DNA of 64,000 nt from Clostridia bacterium (GTDB lineage Bacteria; Bacillota; Clostridia; Monoglobales; Firm-18), in contig JAFQJA010000019.1 of the NCBI GenBank assembly GCA_017397315.1, forward strand, positions 33,690 through 97,689, written 5' to 3'. A program made the translations under genes and the position numbers. Below the pieces are notes generated by a model, which saw nothing but the letters and a program-made list of their open reading frames with translations, was not told the origin of the DNA and searched no databases. Below, piece after piece: positions 48,619 to 58,449 of the stretch. The stretch's first letter is position 1. Each line of letters begins with the position of its first letter.

Positions 48619-49473
48619 ATGAATATACCATGGTTTCCAGGGCATATGGCTAAAACCCGGCGTCTTATTACCGAAAATTTAAAACTTGTTGATGTTGTGG
48701 TGGAATTACTTGACGCAAGAATTCCGCTGTCTTCTGCCAATCCTATTTTGCCTGAACTTTTAGGAAACAAGCCAAAAGTTATTGCTCTTAACAAAAGCGA
48801 TATGGCTGACAGCGTTGTTACGGCAAACTGGATACAGTATTTTAAAAACAATAGTATAGAGGCGGTTGCTGTGAGCAGCATCTCAGGTAAGGGTTTTGAT
48901 GCTCTTAAAAATGCAATCAATACAGTTCTAAAAGAAAAAATCAGGCAACGCGAAGAAAAAGGAATGAAAAATGTACCTGCGAGAATAATGGTTGTAGGTA
49001 TTCCTAATGTAGGCAAGTCCTCATTTATTAACAAACTGTCAGGCAGGGCAGGAGCAAAAACAGGCGACAGACCTGGGGTTACTACTGCGAAGCAATGGAT
49101 AAGAATAGCAGGTGGGTACGAACTTTTAGATACGCCCGGAATATTGTGGCCTAAATTTGATGATGAGATAACAGGTCAGCACCTAGCTTTTACCGGTGCA
49201 GTAAAAGATGATATTTACGATACAGAAGAAGCAGCAAGTCTGCTTTGTGGATACCTTTACGAAAAGCACCCGGGTAAGTTAAAGGAAATATATAAACTGC
49301 AAGACATTGACGGTCTTTCAGGATACGAAATATTGGAATGTATCGGAAGAAAAAGAGGATGCATTATATCAGGTGGGAATGTGGACACAGAAAGAGCATC
49401 GAAAATTCTTCTTAACGAATTCCGTGGTTGCAAACTTGGAAACATTAGTCTGGAGGAGCCTTATGAACAGTGA
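48619..49473 (+). CDS. rbgA: Ribosome biogenesis GTPase RbgA/YlqF
   Basis: WFPGHM, DARIP, NKSD, GIPNVGKS and DTPG. Confidence 0.96.
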   Translation: MNIPWFPGHMAKTRRLITENLKLVDVVVELLDARIPLSSANPILPELLGNKPKVIALNKSDMADSVVTANWIQYFKNNSIEAVAVSSISGKGFDALKNAINTVLKEKIRQREEKGMKNVPARIMVVGIPNVGKSSFINKLSGRAGAKTGDRPGVTTAKQWIRIAGGYELLDTPGILWPKFDDEITGQHLAFTGAVKDDIYDTEEAASLLCGYLYEKHPGKLKEIYKLQDIDGLSGYEILECIGRKRGCIISGGNVDTERASKILLNEFRGCKLGNISLEEPYEQ

Positions 49474-50089
49474 AGATTTTAACAGAGTAATGTCTATGTG
49501 GGAGATTGAAAAATCACTTTTTGAGCAGGGCTACAGTTATGTGGCAGGCGTTGATGAGGCAGGAAGAGGTCCTTTGGCTGGACCTGTCTGCGTTGCATCT
49601 GTCATATTGCCAAAAAACAGCTATTTTGAAAAACTTAATGATTCTAAAAAGTTGACGGAAAAACAAAAGGACAGACTATATGATGAAATAAAAGAAAAGG
49701 CTGTTGCTTACAATATTGTTCTTGTATCCAATGAGGAAATAGACAAATTGAATATTTTGTGTGCAACACATTACGGAATGTGCAAAGCGGTAGAAGGGCT
49801 TGATGTTAAGGCTGACTATGTATTGATAGACGGCAACAGCATCAAAGGTATGGAAAAGCCACATAGTTGTATAGTAAAAGGGGACAGCAAAAGCATTTCT
49901 ATTGCTGCTGCATCGGTACTTGCTAAAGTAACCCGGGACAGATATATGGATATTCTTGATGAAAAATATCCTATGTATATGTTTAAAAAACACAAAGGCT
50001 ATCCTACTGCACTTCATTATCAGTTACTTAAAGAACATGGTGCATCACCTGTGCACAGAAAATCCTTTAATTTGAAGATAGATGATTGA
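49463..50089 (+). CDS. rnhB: Ribonuclease HII
   Basis: GVDEAGRGPLAGPV, NDSKKL, SIAAASVLAKV and HKGY. Confidence 0.97.
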   Translation: MNSEDFNRVMSMWEIEKSLFEQGYSYVAGVDEAGRGPLAGPVCVASVILPKNSYFEKLNDSKKLTEKQKDRLYDEIKEKAVAYNIVLVSNEEIDKLNILCATHYGMCKAVEGLDVKADYVLIDGNSIKGMEKPHSCIVKGDSKSISIAAASVLAKVTRDRYMDILDEKYPMYMFKKHKGYPTALHYQLLKEHGASPVHRKSFNLKIDD

Positions 50090-50091
50090 TT

Positions 50092-50457
50092 ATGGAAAAA
50101 TACAATAAGAAAGTGGGCGGTGAGGGAGAAAAAGCCGCAGTAAAACACTTAAAAAAACAAGGTTACAAAATAAAAGAGACTAATTTCTTGGTGCGTGGCG
50201 GAGAAATTGATATAATTGCCGAAAAAGATACCTATACGGTTTTTGTTGAGGTGAAAACACGCACAGGTTCCGGATACGGAAGTCCGATAGAAGCGGTAGG
50301 AGAGATAAAAAGAAAACGACTTTTGCATGCCGCACAAGTGTATATGATGAATAATGAAGTAACTGATGTACGCTTTGATGTTATCGGTGTTAATTGTGAA
50401 GTTAAAGGTAATAAAATTATTATTTGTGAAATACAACATATTATAAATGCTTTTTAA
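50092..50457 (+). CDS. YraN family (UPF0102) nuclease-like protein
   Basis: GEIDII, VFVEVKTR and RFDVI. Confidence 0.92.
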   Translation: MEKYNKKVGGEGEKAAVKHLKKQGYKIKETNFLVRGGEIDIIAEKDTYTVFVEVKTRTGSGYGSPIEAVGEIKRKRLLHAAQVYMMNNEVTDVRFDVIGVNCEVKGNKIIICEIQHIINAF

Positions 50458-50468
50458 GGAGAGATTGT

Positions 50469-51347
50469 ATGTTCGCAGATGCTCATTGTGATACGATAAC
50501 AAGGATTTTAGACAATAACCAAAGTCTTTTTGAAAATGACGGTCATATTGATATTAAAAGAATGAAAGACTGTTGCTTGCAGTACTTTGCGATTTTCATA
50601 CATCCGAAATATAATCCCTTTGACAGATTTGTTAAGGGGATTAATAAATTTTACGAAGAATATGATGAAAAATATTTGCAACTTGTATTAAATGCAGATG
50701 ATTTGGGACAAAAAACAGGTGCGTTGCTGACCATAGAAGGCGGAAGTGCTATTGAGGGGTCTATCCAAAAACTGCACTACGCATACGAAAAAGGTATAAG
50801 GTGTATGACAATTAAATGGAACGGAGACAATGAACTTGCAAACGAATATGGTTTGACACCTTTCGGAAAAACCGTCATAAAAGAAATGAACAGAATGAAA
50901 ATGATTGTTGATGTATCTCATTTGAGCGACAAGGGTTTTTATGATGTTATGGGAATTACTGACGCCCCTTTAATGGCATCTCATTCGAATTGCAGAAAAC
51001 TTTGCAGTCATAAAAGAAACTTGACTGACGACCAGATAAAAAAAATTATTGATTGTAAAGGTTTTATAGGGCTAAATTTTTATCCCGATTTTTTATGCGA
51101 AGGAAAGGCTACAGTTGTTGATATAATACGCCACGCATATCACATTTTAGAACTTGGAGGAGAAGATGTTTTGGGTTTCGGGAGTGATTTCGATGGTGTT
51201 GACCATCTTCCGAACGGCATCTTGGGAGTTCAAAATATGAATAATGTAATGGATGAATTTTGCAAAATGCAACTAGGTCAGGAATTGTTAAACAAGGTGT
51301 TTTACAGAAATCTTTGTAATTTCACCAAACAAATTATGAAAAATTAG
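50469..51347 (+). CDS. Membrane dipeptidase (peptidase M19)
   Basis: DAHCD, IEGG, DVSHLS, SHSN and GSDFDG. Confidence 0.92.
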   Translation: MFADAHCDTITRILDNNQSLFENDGHIDIKRMKDCCLQYFAIFIHPKYNPFDRFVKGINKFYEEYDEKYLQLVLNADDLGQKTGALLTIEGGSAIEGSIQKLHYAYEKGIRCMTIKWNGDNELANEYGLTPFGKTVIKEMNRMKMIVDVSHLSDKGFYDVMGITDAPLMASHSNCRKLCSHKRNLTDDQIKKIIDCKGFIGLNFYPDFLCEGKATVVDIIRHAYHILELGGEDVLGFGSDFDGVDHLPNGILGVQNMNNVMDEFCKMQLGQELLNKVFYRNLCNFTKQIMKN

Positions 51348-51419
51348 AAAATAAATCTTGCAATTTTTGTAAAAATGAAGTATGATAGATAATATACATA
51401 ATCGGAAAGGAAGAACTAT

Positions 51420-52604
51420 ATGAATTTATCTGATAGAATGAGCAAAATCAGCGCATCACCCACTCTTGCGATAGATGCAAAATTTAAGAAAATGAAAGCT
51501 GATGGGATTGATGTTGTTGGTTTCGGTACTGGAGAACCTGACTTCGATACACCTAAGCACATTAAAGATGCGGCAGTTAAGGCGATTAATGACGGTATGA
51601 CAAAATACACACCCGCCGCCGGCACTATGGATTTAAGAAAAGCAATAGCTGAAAAACTATTATTGGAAAACAATGTAAAATATGCACCAACAGACATTGT
51701 TGTATCTAACGGTGCAAAACACGCTTTAGTTAATGCTTTTTATGCAATATTAAATGATGGGGACGAAGTGTTGATTCCAACACCTTTTTGGGTAAGCTAT
51801 CCAGAAATGGTACGAATTGCAGGAGGAAACCCCGTATTTATAGAAACGACAGAGCAAAATGGTTTTAAGTTCTCTGCAAAAGATTTCGAAAATGCTATCA
51901 CATCTAAGACTAAGGCACTTGTGTTAAACAGTCCAAGCAACCCTACCGGTATGGTTTATACCGAACAGGAATTAAGAGAAATTGCTGATGTTGCTGTTAA
52001 GCACAACATTTTTGTGATTTCGGACGAAATTTACGAAAAACTAATGTACGGCGATGCAAAACATATAAGTATTGCATCTTTTAATGATGCAATTAAAAAG
52101 TTAACTATAATTATTAACGGAGTGTCCAAAAGTTATGCTATGACGGGGTGGCGTATAGGCTACACCGCATGCGAGCCTGAAATTGCAAAAATAATTTCCA
52201 ACATTCAGTCTCACGCTTCATCAAACCCATGTTCAATTTCGCAGGCAGCGGCATTGGCGGCTATTACAGGACCTACCGACACTATAGAAGCAATGCGTGT
52301 TGAATTTGAAAGCAGAAGAAATTATATGGTGGAAAGAATTAATAGCATTGATAAAGTTTCAGCCCTTGTGCCTGACGGTGCTTTTTATGTGTTTATGAAC
52401 ATTAAAGAACTTATTGGCACAGAACTTAAAGGCAAATTGATTAACAACGGCGACGAATTTTGCGAATGGTTGCTTGAATGCAACAAACTTGCATTAGTTC
52501 CCGGCGGAGGTTTTGGTGCTGAGGGTTATGTAAGATGGTCATACGCTACAAGTATGGAAAACATTAAAGAAGGTCTTGACAGATTAGAAAATTTTTTAGC
52601 ATAG
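51420..52604 (+). CDS. aspB: Aspartate aminotransferase (class I PLP enzyme)
   Basis: GEPDF, NSPSNPTG, SDEIY and SKSYAMTGWRIG. Confidence 0.85.
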   Translation: MNLSDRMSKISASPTLAIDAKFKKMKADGIDVVGFGTGEPDFDTPKHIKDAAVKAINDGMTKYTPAAGTMDLRKAIAEKLLLENNVKYAPTDIVVSNGAKHALVNAFYAILNDGDEVLIPTPFWVSYPEMVRIAGGNPVFIETTEQNGFKFSAKDFENAITSKTKALVLNSPSNPTGMVYTEQELREIADVAVKHNIFVISDEIYEKLMYGDAKHISIASFNDAIKKLTIIINGVSKSYAMTGWRIGYTACEPEIAKIISNIQSHASSNPCSISQAAALAAITGPTDTIEAMRVEFESRRNYMVERINSIDKVSALVPDGAFYVFMNIKELIGTELKGKLINNGDEFCEWLLECNKLALVPGGGFGAEGYVRWSYATSMENIKEGLDRLENFLA

Positions 52605-52614
52605 AGGTATAAAT

Positions 52615-53403
52615 ATGAAAATAGGTTTTATTGGCGCGGGGAATATGGGTGGTGCAATTATTGGCGGTCTTATTGCATCAAAAAAGACAAATGCCAAAGA
52701 TTTATATGCTTACGACCCGGACAAAGAAAAACTTAATGTTTTAGGGGATAAAGGAGTAAATGTAAATCTTTCAATGGAAGATATATGTGAACTTTGCGAT
52801 GTGATAATTCTTGCAGTTAAACCGCAGATTTTTCATAAAGTGTTACCCGAAATCGTATCCAGTAAGCCTGTATATGTCTCTATTGCCGCCGGTATCTCAA
52901 TTAAATTTATGAAAGACAATCTGCCCGAAGGTGCAAGAATTATTCGAGCAATGCCTAACACGCCCGCACTTATCGGCAAAGGTGTAACTGTTTTAAGTGC
53001 TGACAAAGGGGTAACAGAGGAAGAAGTTGAAAATGTTAAATTTATATTTGACTGTGTTGGCATAACAGAAATTGCGGATGAAAAATTAATGGATGCTGTA
53101 GTTGCGGCGAGTGGGAGCAGTCCCGCCTATGTGTATATGCTAATTGAGGCTATGGTTGATGCGGCAGTTAGTCAGGGTTTGCCGAGACAGATGGCTTATA
53201 ATATCTGTGCATCTGCAGTAGAAGGAAGTGCCCTTATGGTGCTAAAGACCGGTAAACACCCGGGGGAATTAAAGGATATGGTATGTTCTCCGGGCGGAAC
53301 AACTATTGAGGCGGTGTCATCATTAGAGGCTGACGGCTTTTATGCAACTATTATTAAGGCTATGGAAAAATGCTCTGAAAAATCAAAGAAACTTACAAAG
53401 TAA
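52615..53403 (+). CDS. proC: Pyrroline-5-carboxylate reductase
   Basis: GAGNMG, LAVKPQ, RAMPNTP and VCSPGGTT. Confidence 0.96.
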   Translation: MKIGFIGAGNMGGAIIGGLIASKKTNAKDLYAYDPDKEKLNVLGDKGVNVNLSMEDICELCDVIILAVKPQIFHKVLPEIVSSKPVYVSIAAGISIKFMKDNLPEGARIIRAMPNTPALIGKGVTVLSADKGVTEEEVENVKFIFDCVGITEIADEKLMDAVVAASGSSPAYVYMLIEAMVDAAVSQGLPRQMAYNICASAVEGSALMVLKTGKHPGELKDMVCSPGGTTIEAVSSLEADGFYATIIKAMEKCSEKSKKLTK

Positions 53404-53416
53404 ACGGAGAAATATT

Positions 53417-53707
53417 ATGATTACTACAAAACAGAGGGCTTATTTAAGAGGTCTTGCAAACAAAATTCCCGCTCTTTATCAGGTGGGCAAAGGCGGAGTA
53501 AATAATAATTTTATCGCAATGATAGATGATGCACTTGAGAAAAACGAACTGTTAAAAGTTACTGTTCTTGAAAATTCAGGTGAAACGCCTCGGAGTATCT
53601 GTCATCAGGTTATGGATGCTACAAATGCGGAGCCTGTGCAGGTTATCGGAAACAAATTTATTATATACAGACGCTCTGCGGAAAATCCTACAATAATTTT
53701 ACCGTAA
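53417..53707 (+). CDS. yhbY: YhbY/CRM RNA-binding protein
   Basis: KQRAYLRGLA, QVGKGG, ELLKV and VQVIG. Start taken as the ATG at 53417. Confidence 0.92.
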   Translation: MITTKQRAYLRGLANKIPALYQVGKGGVNNNFIAMIDDALEKNELLKVTVLENSGETPRSICHQVMDATNAEPVQVIGNKFIIYRRSAENPTIILP

Positions 53708-53756
53708 TATTTTATGTCCCCTTCGAATATACTTGCTATATACGGAGGGGATAATT

Positions 53757-54350
53757 TTGTTTAAAAATATTAACCGACATTTTTGTGCAAATAAATCAAA
53801 ATATTTTTTTCTGCTTCTTGCGTTGGTTGTAGGAATTGTAAGCGGAATATTGTTTGTGTCTGCGGTTAAACCTGAAGACACAGAAAAACTTACGCAAACC
53901 GTAAATATAGCACTTACAGGAATAGAGGATAAAGACAAAGTAAGTATGTTTTTTGATTATTTATGGAAAAACGCAAAAACAGTTTTATTAATTTTTATCG
54001 GTACATATTCTGTATACACTTTACCTGTTGTTTTTTTAAATTTGATTATAACAGGTTTTTCAATGGGGTTTACTGCTGTTTTTGTAACTTCTTATTTTGG
54101 GTTTAAAGGATTTTTGGCATCTCTTTTGATATACAGCACGGACATTTTATTTTGTATTCCCTTGGTGTTTTTTGTGTCAACTGTGGCTATAGATTATACT
54201 TTACATAATTCTAAAGTAAAAAGTACTTTGAAAATCAGAAACAGAAAAAAGTTTTTTACTGCTTGTTGTTTCTTTCTTGTGCTGATGACCATTCTCTCGT
54301 TACCAAATGTACTGATTTTCCCAAAAATTGTAAAAGGTTTAGTGCCCTGA
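53757..54350 (+). CDS. spoIIM: Stage II sporulation protein M
   Basis: Multi-TM protein with GFSMGFT; upstream of xerD; sigma-E-like promoter (TAATAT...AATATACT, about 53705-53733). Confidence 0.75.
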   Translation: MFKNINRHFCANKSKYFFLLLALVVGIVSGILFVSAVKPEDTEKLTQTVNIALTGIEDKDKVSMFFDYLWKNAKTVLLIFIGTYSVYTLPVVFLNLIITGFSMGFTAVFVTSYFGFKGFLASLLIYSTDILFCIPLVFFVSTVAIDYTLHNSKVKSTLKIRNRKKFFTACCFFLVLMTILSLPNVLIFPKIVKGLVP

Positions 54351-54514
54351 AATACAGCAAAAACACTATATATTGTGTCAATAAAAAATGTTGTAAAAAA
54401 TTAACGAAAATACAAGATTTTTTTATATATTTTTTTGTAAAATACTATGTACATTTGTATTGTTTTGTATTAAAATATAAATACATTCGTTTACATAATA
54501 TGTGGAGGCAATAA

Positions 54515-55408
54515 ATGGATTCAGTAGTATTACAGTTTGAAAAATATTTAAAAAATGAGAAAAAAGCATCTGTTAATACTCTTCAGTCTTATATGAGGGA
54601 TATTAACCAGTACATAGATTATCTTGAGGATGGTAAATTGGGGGACTATATAAGTGCAACGCCTACTGTTTTCCTTAACTATATGTTAATGTTAAAACAG
54701 TGCGGAAAAGCAACTTCTACTATTTCCCGAAATCTTGCTTCTGTCAGGGCTTTTTATAATTTTTTGCTTAAAAATAAACTTTGCGAAAACAACCCTACAG
54801 ATAAAGTACATACAATGAAGCCTGAACGAAAAATGCCACAGATACTTACTGCGACTGAAGTGGATTTACTATTAAGTTTACCTAAGTGTGATAATTTAAA
54901 GAGCATAAGAGACAAGGCAATGCTTGAACTTTTGTATGCTACCGGTATAAGGGTATCTGAACTTGTTTCTCTGGATATAACAGATGTCAATTTAGATGTT
55001 GGCTTTATTGTTTGTAAAAGTGCTGTTAAAGAAAGGGTTGTACCAATCTACCCTGCGGCAGTTTCTTGTTTAAACAACTATGTTACTAATGCAAGAAACT
55101 TTTTAATTGACGGAATGGATAATGATGCTCTTTTTGTTAATACAAACGGAAAGCGGTTGACAAGACAGGGCTTTTGGAAAATAATCAAGCAATATCAGGC
55201 TGAAGCACACATTGACAAGGAAATAACACCACATACTTTAAGACATTCTTTTGCAACACATCTCCTTGAAAACGGTGCAGATTTAAAATCCCTTCAACTT
55301 ATGATGGGGCACTCTGATATTTCGTCAACTCACATTTATACAAATCTTATAAATAATAAAATTAACGATGTTTACAGACACGCACACCCCAGAGCAAGAA
55401 AAATGTAA
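54515..55408 (+). CDS. xerD: Site-specific tyrosine recombinase XerD (RipX)
   Basis: LYATGIRVSEL, TRQGFWK, TPHTLRHSFATHLLENGADL and GHSDISST. Confidence 0.93.
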   Translation: MDSVVLQFEKYLKNEKKASVNTLQSYMRDINQYIDYLEDGKLGDYISATPTVFLNYMLMLKQCGKATSTISRNLASVRAFYNFLLKNKLCENNPTDKVHTMKPERKMPQILTATEVDLLLSLPKCDNLKSIRDKAMLELLYATGIRVSELVSLDITDVNLDVGFIVCKSAVKERVVPIYPAAVSCLNNYVTNARNFLIDGMDNDALFVNTNGKRLTRQGFWKIIKQYQAEAHIDKEITPHTLRHSFATHLLENGADLKSLQLMMGHSDISSTHIYTNLINNKINDVYRHAHPRARKM

Positions 55409-55455
55409 TAATATGAACAGTATCGCATAAACATTTTATAACAGGAGGTTATGTT

Positions 55456-56601
55456 ATGAAATTGTTTGTGCGATTTTTTTGTATTATTTTAGTGCTTTTA
55501 TTATTATGCACTTTAGTATCTGCTGAGGGCGGAGGAATAGAAACTACTGCAAAATCAGTAATTTTAATTGACAGTGCAACAGGGGAAGTTTTATATGAAA
55601 AAAATCCTGATGAAAGATTGCCTATTGCGAGTGTTACCAAAGTTATGACGATGCTTCTTTGTATGGAAGCAATAAACAGCGGGAAAATCACTATGGAAGA
55701 TACTGTTACGGCGAGTGAGTATGCCTGCAGTATGGGAGGGTCTCAGGTATATCTTGAACCGGGAGAACAAATGCCGGTGTCTGATATGCTAAAAGCCATT
55801 GCAGTCGCATCGGGAAATGACGCCTCAGTTGCTATGGCCGAGCACATAATGGGAAGTGAACAAGGATTTGTTGCCATCATGAATACAAGAGCGAAAGAAC
55901 TAGGAATGGAAAATACAAATTTCATTAACTGTAACGGCCTTGACGAAGACGGACATTATTCATCTGCGCGTGATGTTGCAATAATGTCAAGGGAACTGAT
56001 AAAATATGACAATATACTACCATATTTGAAAATATGGATGGATACTTTAAGAAACGGCGAATTTGAACTTGCAAATACCAATAAATTAATACGGTTTTAC
56101 CCTGATGCAATAGGTATCAAGACTGGCTCAACAAGTAAGGCAAAATACTGCATATCAGGGGCGGCATCAAGAGACGGTCTCACTTTAATTGCAGTTGTTC
56201 TTGGTGCCGATACCACTACCGACAGATTTGAAACAGCCAAGGCACTTCTAAACTACGGCTTTGCAAATTATTCCATAAGCGAACCTGTTAAAAAGGGAGA
56301 AGAAATCGCAAATATCAAAGTATTAAAAGGAGAAACACAAAGCATTAAAGTTATAACAGGAAATGGATATGTGAAACTTGTGCAAAAAGGTGCTGACGGG
56401 GGTTATGAGCGAAAAGTAAACTTGCCAGAAAATGTAAATGCTCCCGTTAATAAAGGCGACAAGGCGGGAGAAATTATACTTTTAAAAGACGGTAGTGAAG
56501 TTGCAACCGTACCGCTGTTTTATGCAGAAACAGTACCAAGATTGTCTTTTGGTAAAATATTTGCCAATATGTTAAGGTGTTGGGGATACAATAATTATTA
56601 A
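55456..56601 (+). CDS. dacF: D-alanyl-D-alanine carboxypeptidase (DacF-like)
   Basis: SVTK, SGN, KTG and MGGSQVYLE; located after xerD. Confidence 0.85.
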   Translation: MKLFVRFFCIILVLLLLCTLVSAEGGGIETTAKSVILIDSATGEVLYEKNPDERLPIASVTKVMTMLLCMEAINSGKITMEDTVTASEYACSMGGSQVYLEPGEQMPVSDMLKAIAVASGNDASVAMAEHIMGSEQGFVAIMNTRAKELGMENTNFINCNGLDEDGHYSSARDVAIMSRELIKYDNILPYLKIWMDTLRNGEFELANTNKLIRFYPDAIGIKTGSTSKAKYCISGAASRDGLTLIAVVLGADTTTDRFETAKALLNYGFANYSISEPVKKGEEIANIKVLKGETQSIKVITGNGYVKLVQKGADGGYERKVNLPENVNAPVNKGDKAGEIILLKDGSEVATVPLFYAETVPRLSFGKIFANMLRCWGYNNY

Positions 56602-56656
56602 TAATTGCTTTGAAATGTAATGGTGATATTTGGTTTGGCAAAATTCAACAATAACA

Positions 56657-56734
56657 TAAAAAGATGTCAATAAAGAACAGGCAATAGACAGACGAGATAT
56701 TTTTTATCTACCCATTCTTTATTTAACATCTTCT
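56657..56734 (-). ncRNA. Candidate hairpin small RNA (about 78 nt)
   Basis: Preceded by TTGACA-17-TGnTATTAT (56769 to 56741). Folds into one long stem with four G-U pairs and ends in a U-tract. Confidence 0.5.
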
Positions 56735-56792
56735 GTTAATATAATAGCATATATTTACATAACTGTCAATAAATGGAAATAATCAAATTATT

Positions 56793-56820
56793 AAAAACGG
56801 CAGATTTGTTATCTGCCGTT
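56793..56820 (-). terminator. Intrinsic terminator of the DUF368-YgjV unit
   Basis: AACGGCAGAT-N5-ATCTGCCGTT with a minus-strand U-tract. Confidence 0.8.
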
Positions 56821-56869
56821 ATCTTTTTTATGCTGATTTCCTTTACGGGTTTGTTGACTATAACATATT

Positions 56870-57427
56870 TTACTGTTTGTTATTATTTCTCATTTTTAAT
56901 AAGTCGTATCTTAAAAAACCTACAATTACTGAAATCAAAATACAAATATGAGTAATAAGGTTTGCTGTTGCAACCGGAGTTGCGATGCAGTCAAATGTTA
57001 TCCATATAAGCATATTAAAGAAAAACATAATTCTTGTGGCTGTTGAATTTTGTATGCTTACCGCAAATACGAATATCATTGAACCTATAAGTGGCAATAA
57101 ATCGTTTGGTAATACTACTTGTTGTGCAAGGTACGCTGTAACAACAAATGAAGCAACATAGCCAAAGAAAAAGATTGCTGTTATATATTTTTTGGGATTT
57201 TTTTTCTTCCTTAAATAAAAGTAGTTAATAAGAGTTTGAAGTGCACCTACAACACAGGCAAAACCGCCTGCCATTTTTGTAGTTCCAAGCATAAAATAAC
57301 TAAGAGCTATAAAACTGTTTGAAACCATTTGTGAAATAATTATCTGCGACTGCTTTTTTAGTTGAAATCCTACCATTGCAGCCGCTGTCGCGATATAACC
57401 GAAAATCAGCGATAAGGTAGTTAACAT
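56870..57427 (-). CDS. YgjV-like inner membrane protein (second copy)
   Basis: GFQLKKQ, multiple TM helices, FLRYD C-terminus. Confidence 0.7.
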   Translation of the reverse strand: MLTTLSLIFGYIATAAAMVGFQLKKQSQIIISQMVSNSFIALSYFMLGTTKMAGGFACVVGALQTLINYFYLRKKKNPKKYITAIFFFGYVASFVVTAYLAQQVVLPNDLLPLIGSMIFVFAVSIQNSTATRIMFFFNMLIWITFDCIATPVATANLITHICILISVIVGFLRYDLLKMRNNNKQ

Positions 57428-57429
57428 AA

Positions 57430-58275
57430 TTATACCGTCCTTTTCGTAAACATTTTTTTAATTTTTTCGTTGTTGGCCTTTACATCCTCAAAGTAGAACG
57501 ATACAAAAAAGCCTGATATAATGAGGATTACGGCAACCAAAAACAAATGCACAGAAGTTATATAACAACTTGCATTTAAGACATTGGGGATTATTGATAA
57601 AAACAATCCAAAAATAATTGAAAAAGTGATGGTATAAAAGTTTTTAATTAAGAAATGCATAACTGTTGAAATCAGTATTGCACCTATTATTAATCCGGAT
57701 AGAGCAGGAATTATGATATTTAAATCGAACTGCGCTAGCGAACTTACATAAAGTTCATAAAGACCTAAAGCAGACAAAATTACTGCACTGTCAACACCGG
57801 GTACTATTGAAGACCCGGCAACTGCAACGCCCAGCAAAATTGATTGCAACAGGTTGGGATTAGTTACAACGGGAAACCAGTTTTTGTTGACCGAAAACAA
57901 AAATAATCCGACTACAGCACCCAAAGCAATTAAAAAATAGTATTTATTATTAAAGCCGTTCTTCTTTACCTGTTTGTAGAAAAGAGGAACAGTTCCGATA
58001 ACTAGTCCTAAAAACAGGTATCTTGTATGAAATTCAAAGTTTGAAAGCATGAAATTCACTATTTTACTAAATAACAAAACACCTGTAGCAAAGCCAAGTA
58101 CAAGTGGTATTAGAAATATTATATTCTTTTTAAAGTTTTTAAAAAGAGTACTCATTAACTTTACAACTTTTTCATAAAGGCCTAAAATAATAAGCATTAC
58201 ACTACCGCTTAAACCTGGGGCAATGCCGCCTATTCCTACTATTATGCCTTTTAAAAAATACATAAAATATTTCAA
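57430..58275 (-). CDS. DUF368 membrane protein (undecaprenyl-phosphate translocase family)
   Basis: Duplicated PGLSGS/PGVDSA motifs, LGLYE and FLGLVIGTVP. Confidence 0.88.
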   Translation of the reverse strand: MKYFMYFLKGIIVGIGGIAPGLSGSVMLIILGLYEKVVKLMSTLFKNFKKNIIFLIPLVLGFATGVLLFSKIVNFMLSNFEFHTRYLFLGLVIGTVPLFYKQVKKNGFNNKYYFLIALGAVVGLFLFSVNKNWFPVVTNPNLLQSILLGVAVAGSSIVPGVDSAVILSALGLYELYVSSLAQFDLNIIIPALSGLIIGAILISTVMHFLIKNFYTITFSIIFGLFLSIIPNVLNASCYITSVHLFLVAVILIISGFFVSFYFEDVKANNEKIKKMFTKRTV

Positions 58276-58416
58276 AAAAACTCACTCCTAACAACTATTT
58301 TAATGATACTATATACAATACTAAAAGTCAAGAAAAGAGGTTGCTTTTTCGATCTGTTTTTTGATAACAAAGTGATATTTTTTAAACTAATAAAAGATAG
58401 TTTTAAAAATCTATAC

Positions 58417-58446
58417 AAAAAAACGAGTTCGTTTGAACTCGTTTTT
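58417..58446 (-). terminator. Intrinsic terminator of adh
   Basis: AAAAACGAGTTC-GTTT-GAACTCGTTTTT. Confidence 0.8.
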
Positions 58447-58449
58447 AGG

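Noticed and set aside
54515-55408. Tyrosine recombinase as a possible phage or ICE integrase
   Set aside because: Sequence and the spoIIM-xerD-dacF context match housekeeping XerD/RipX; no att sites or cargo seen.
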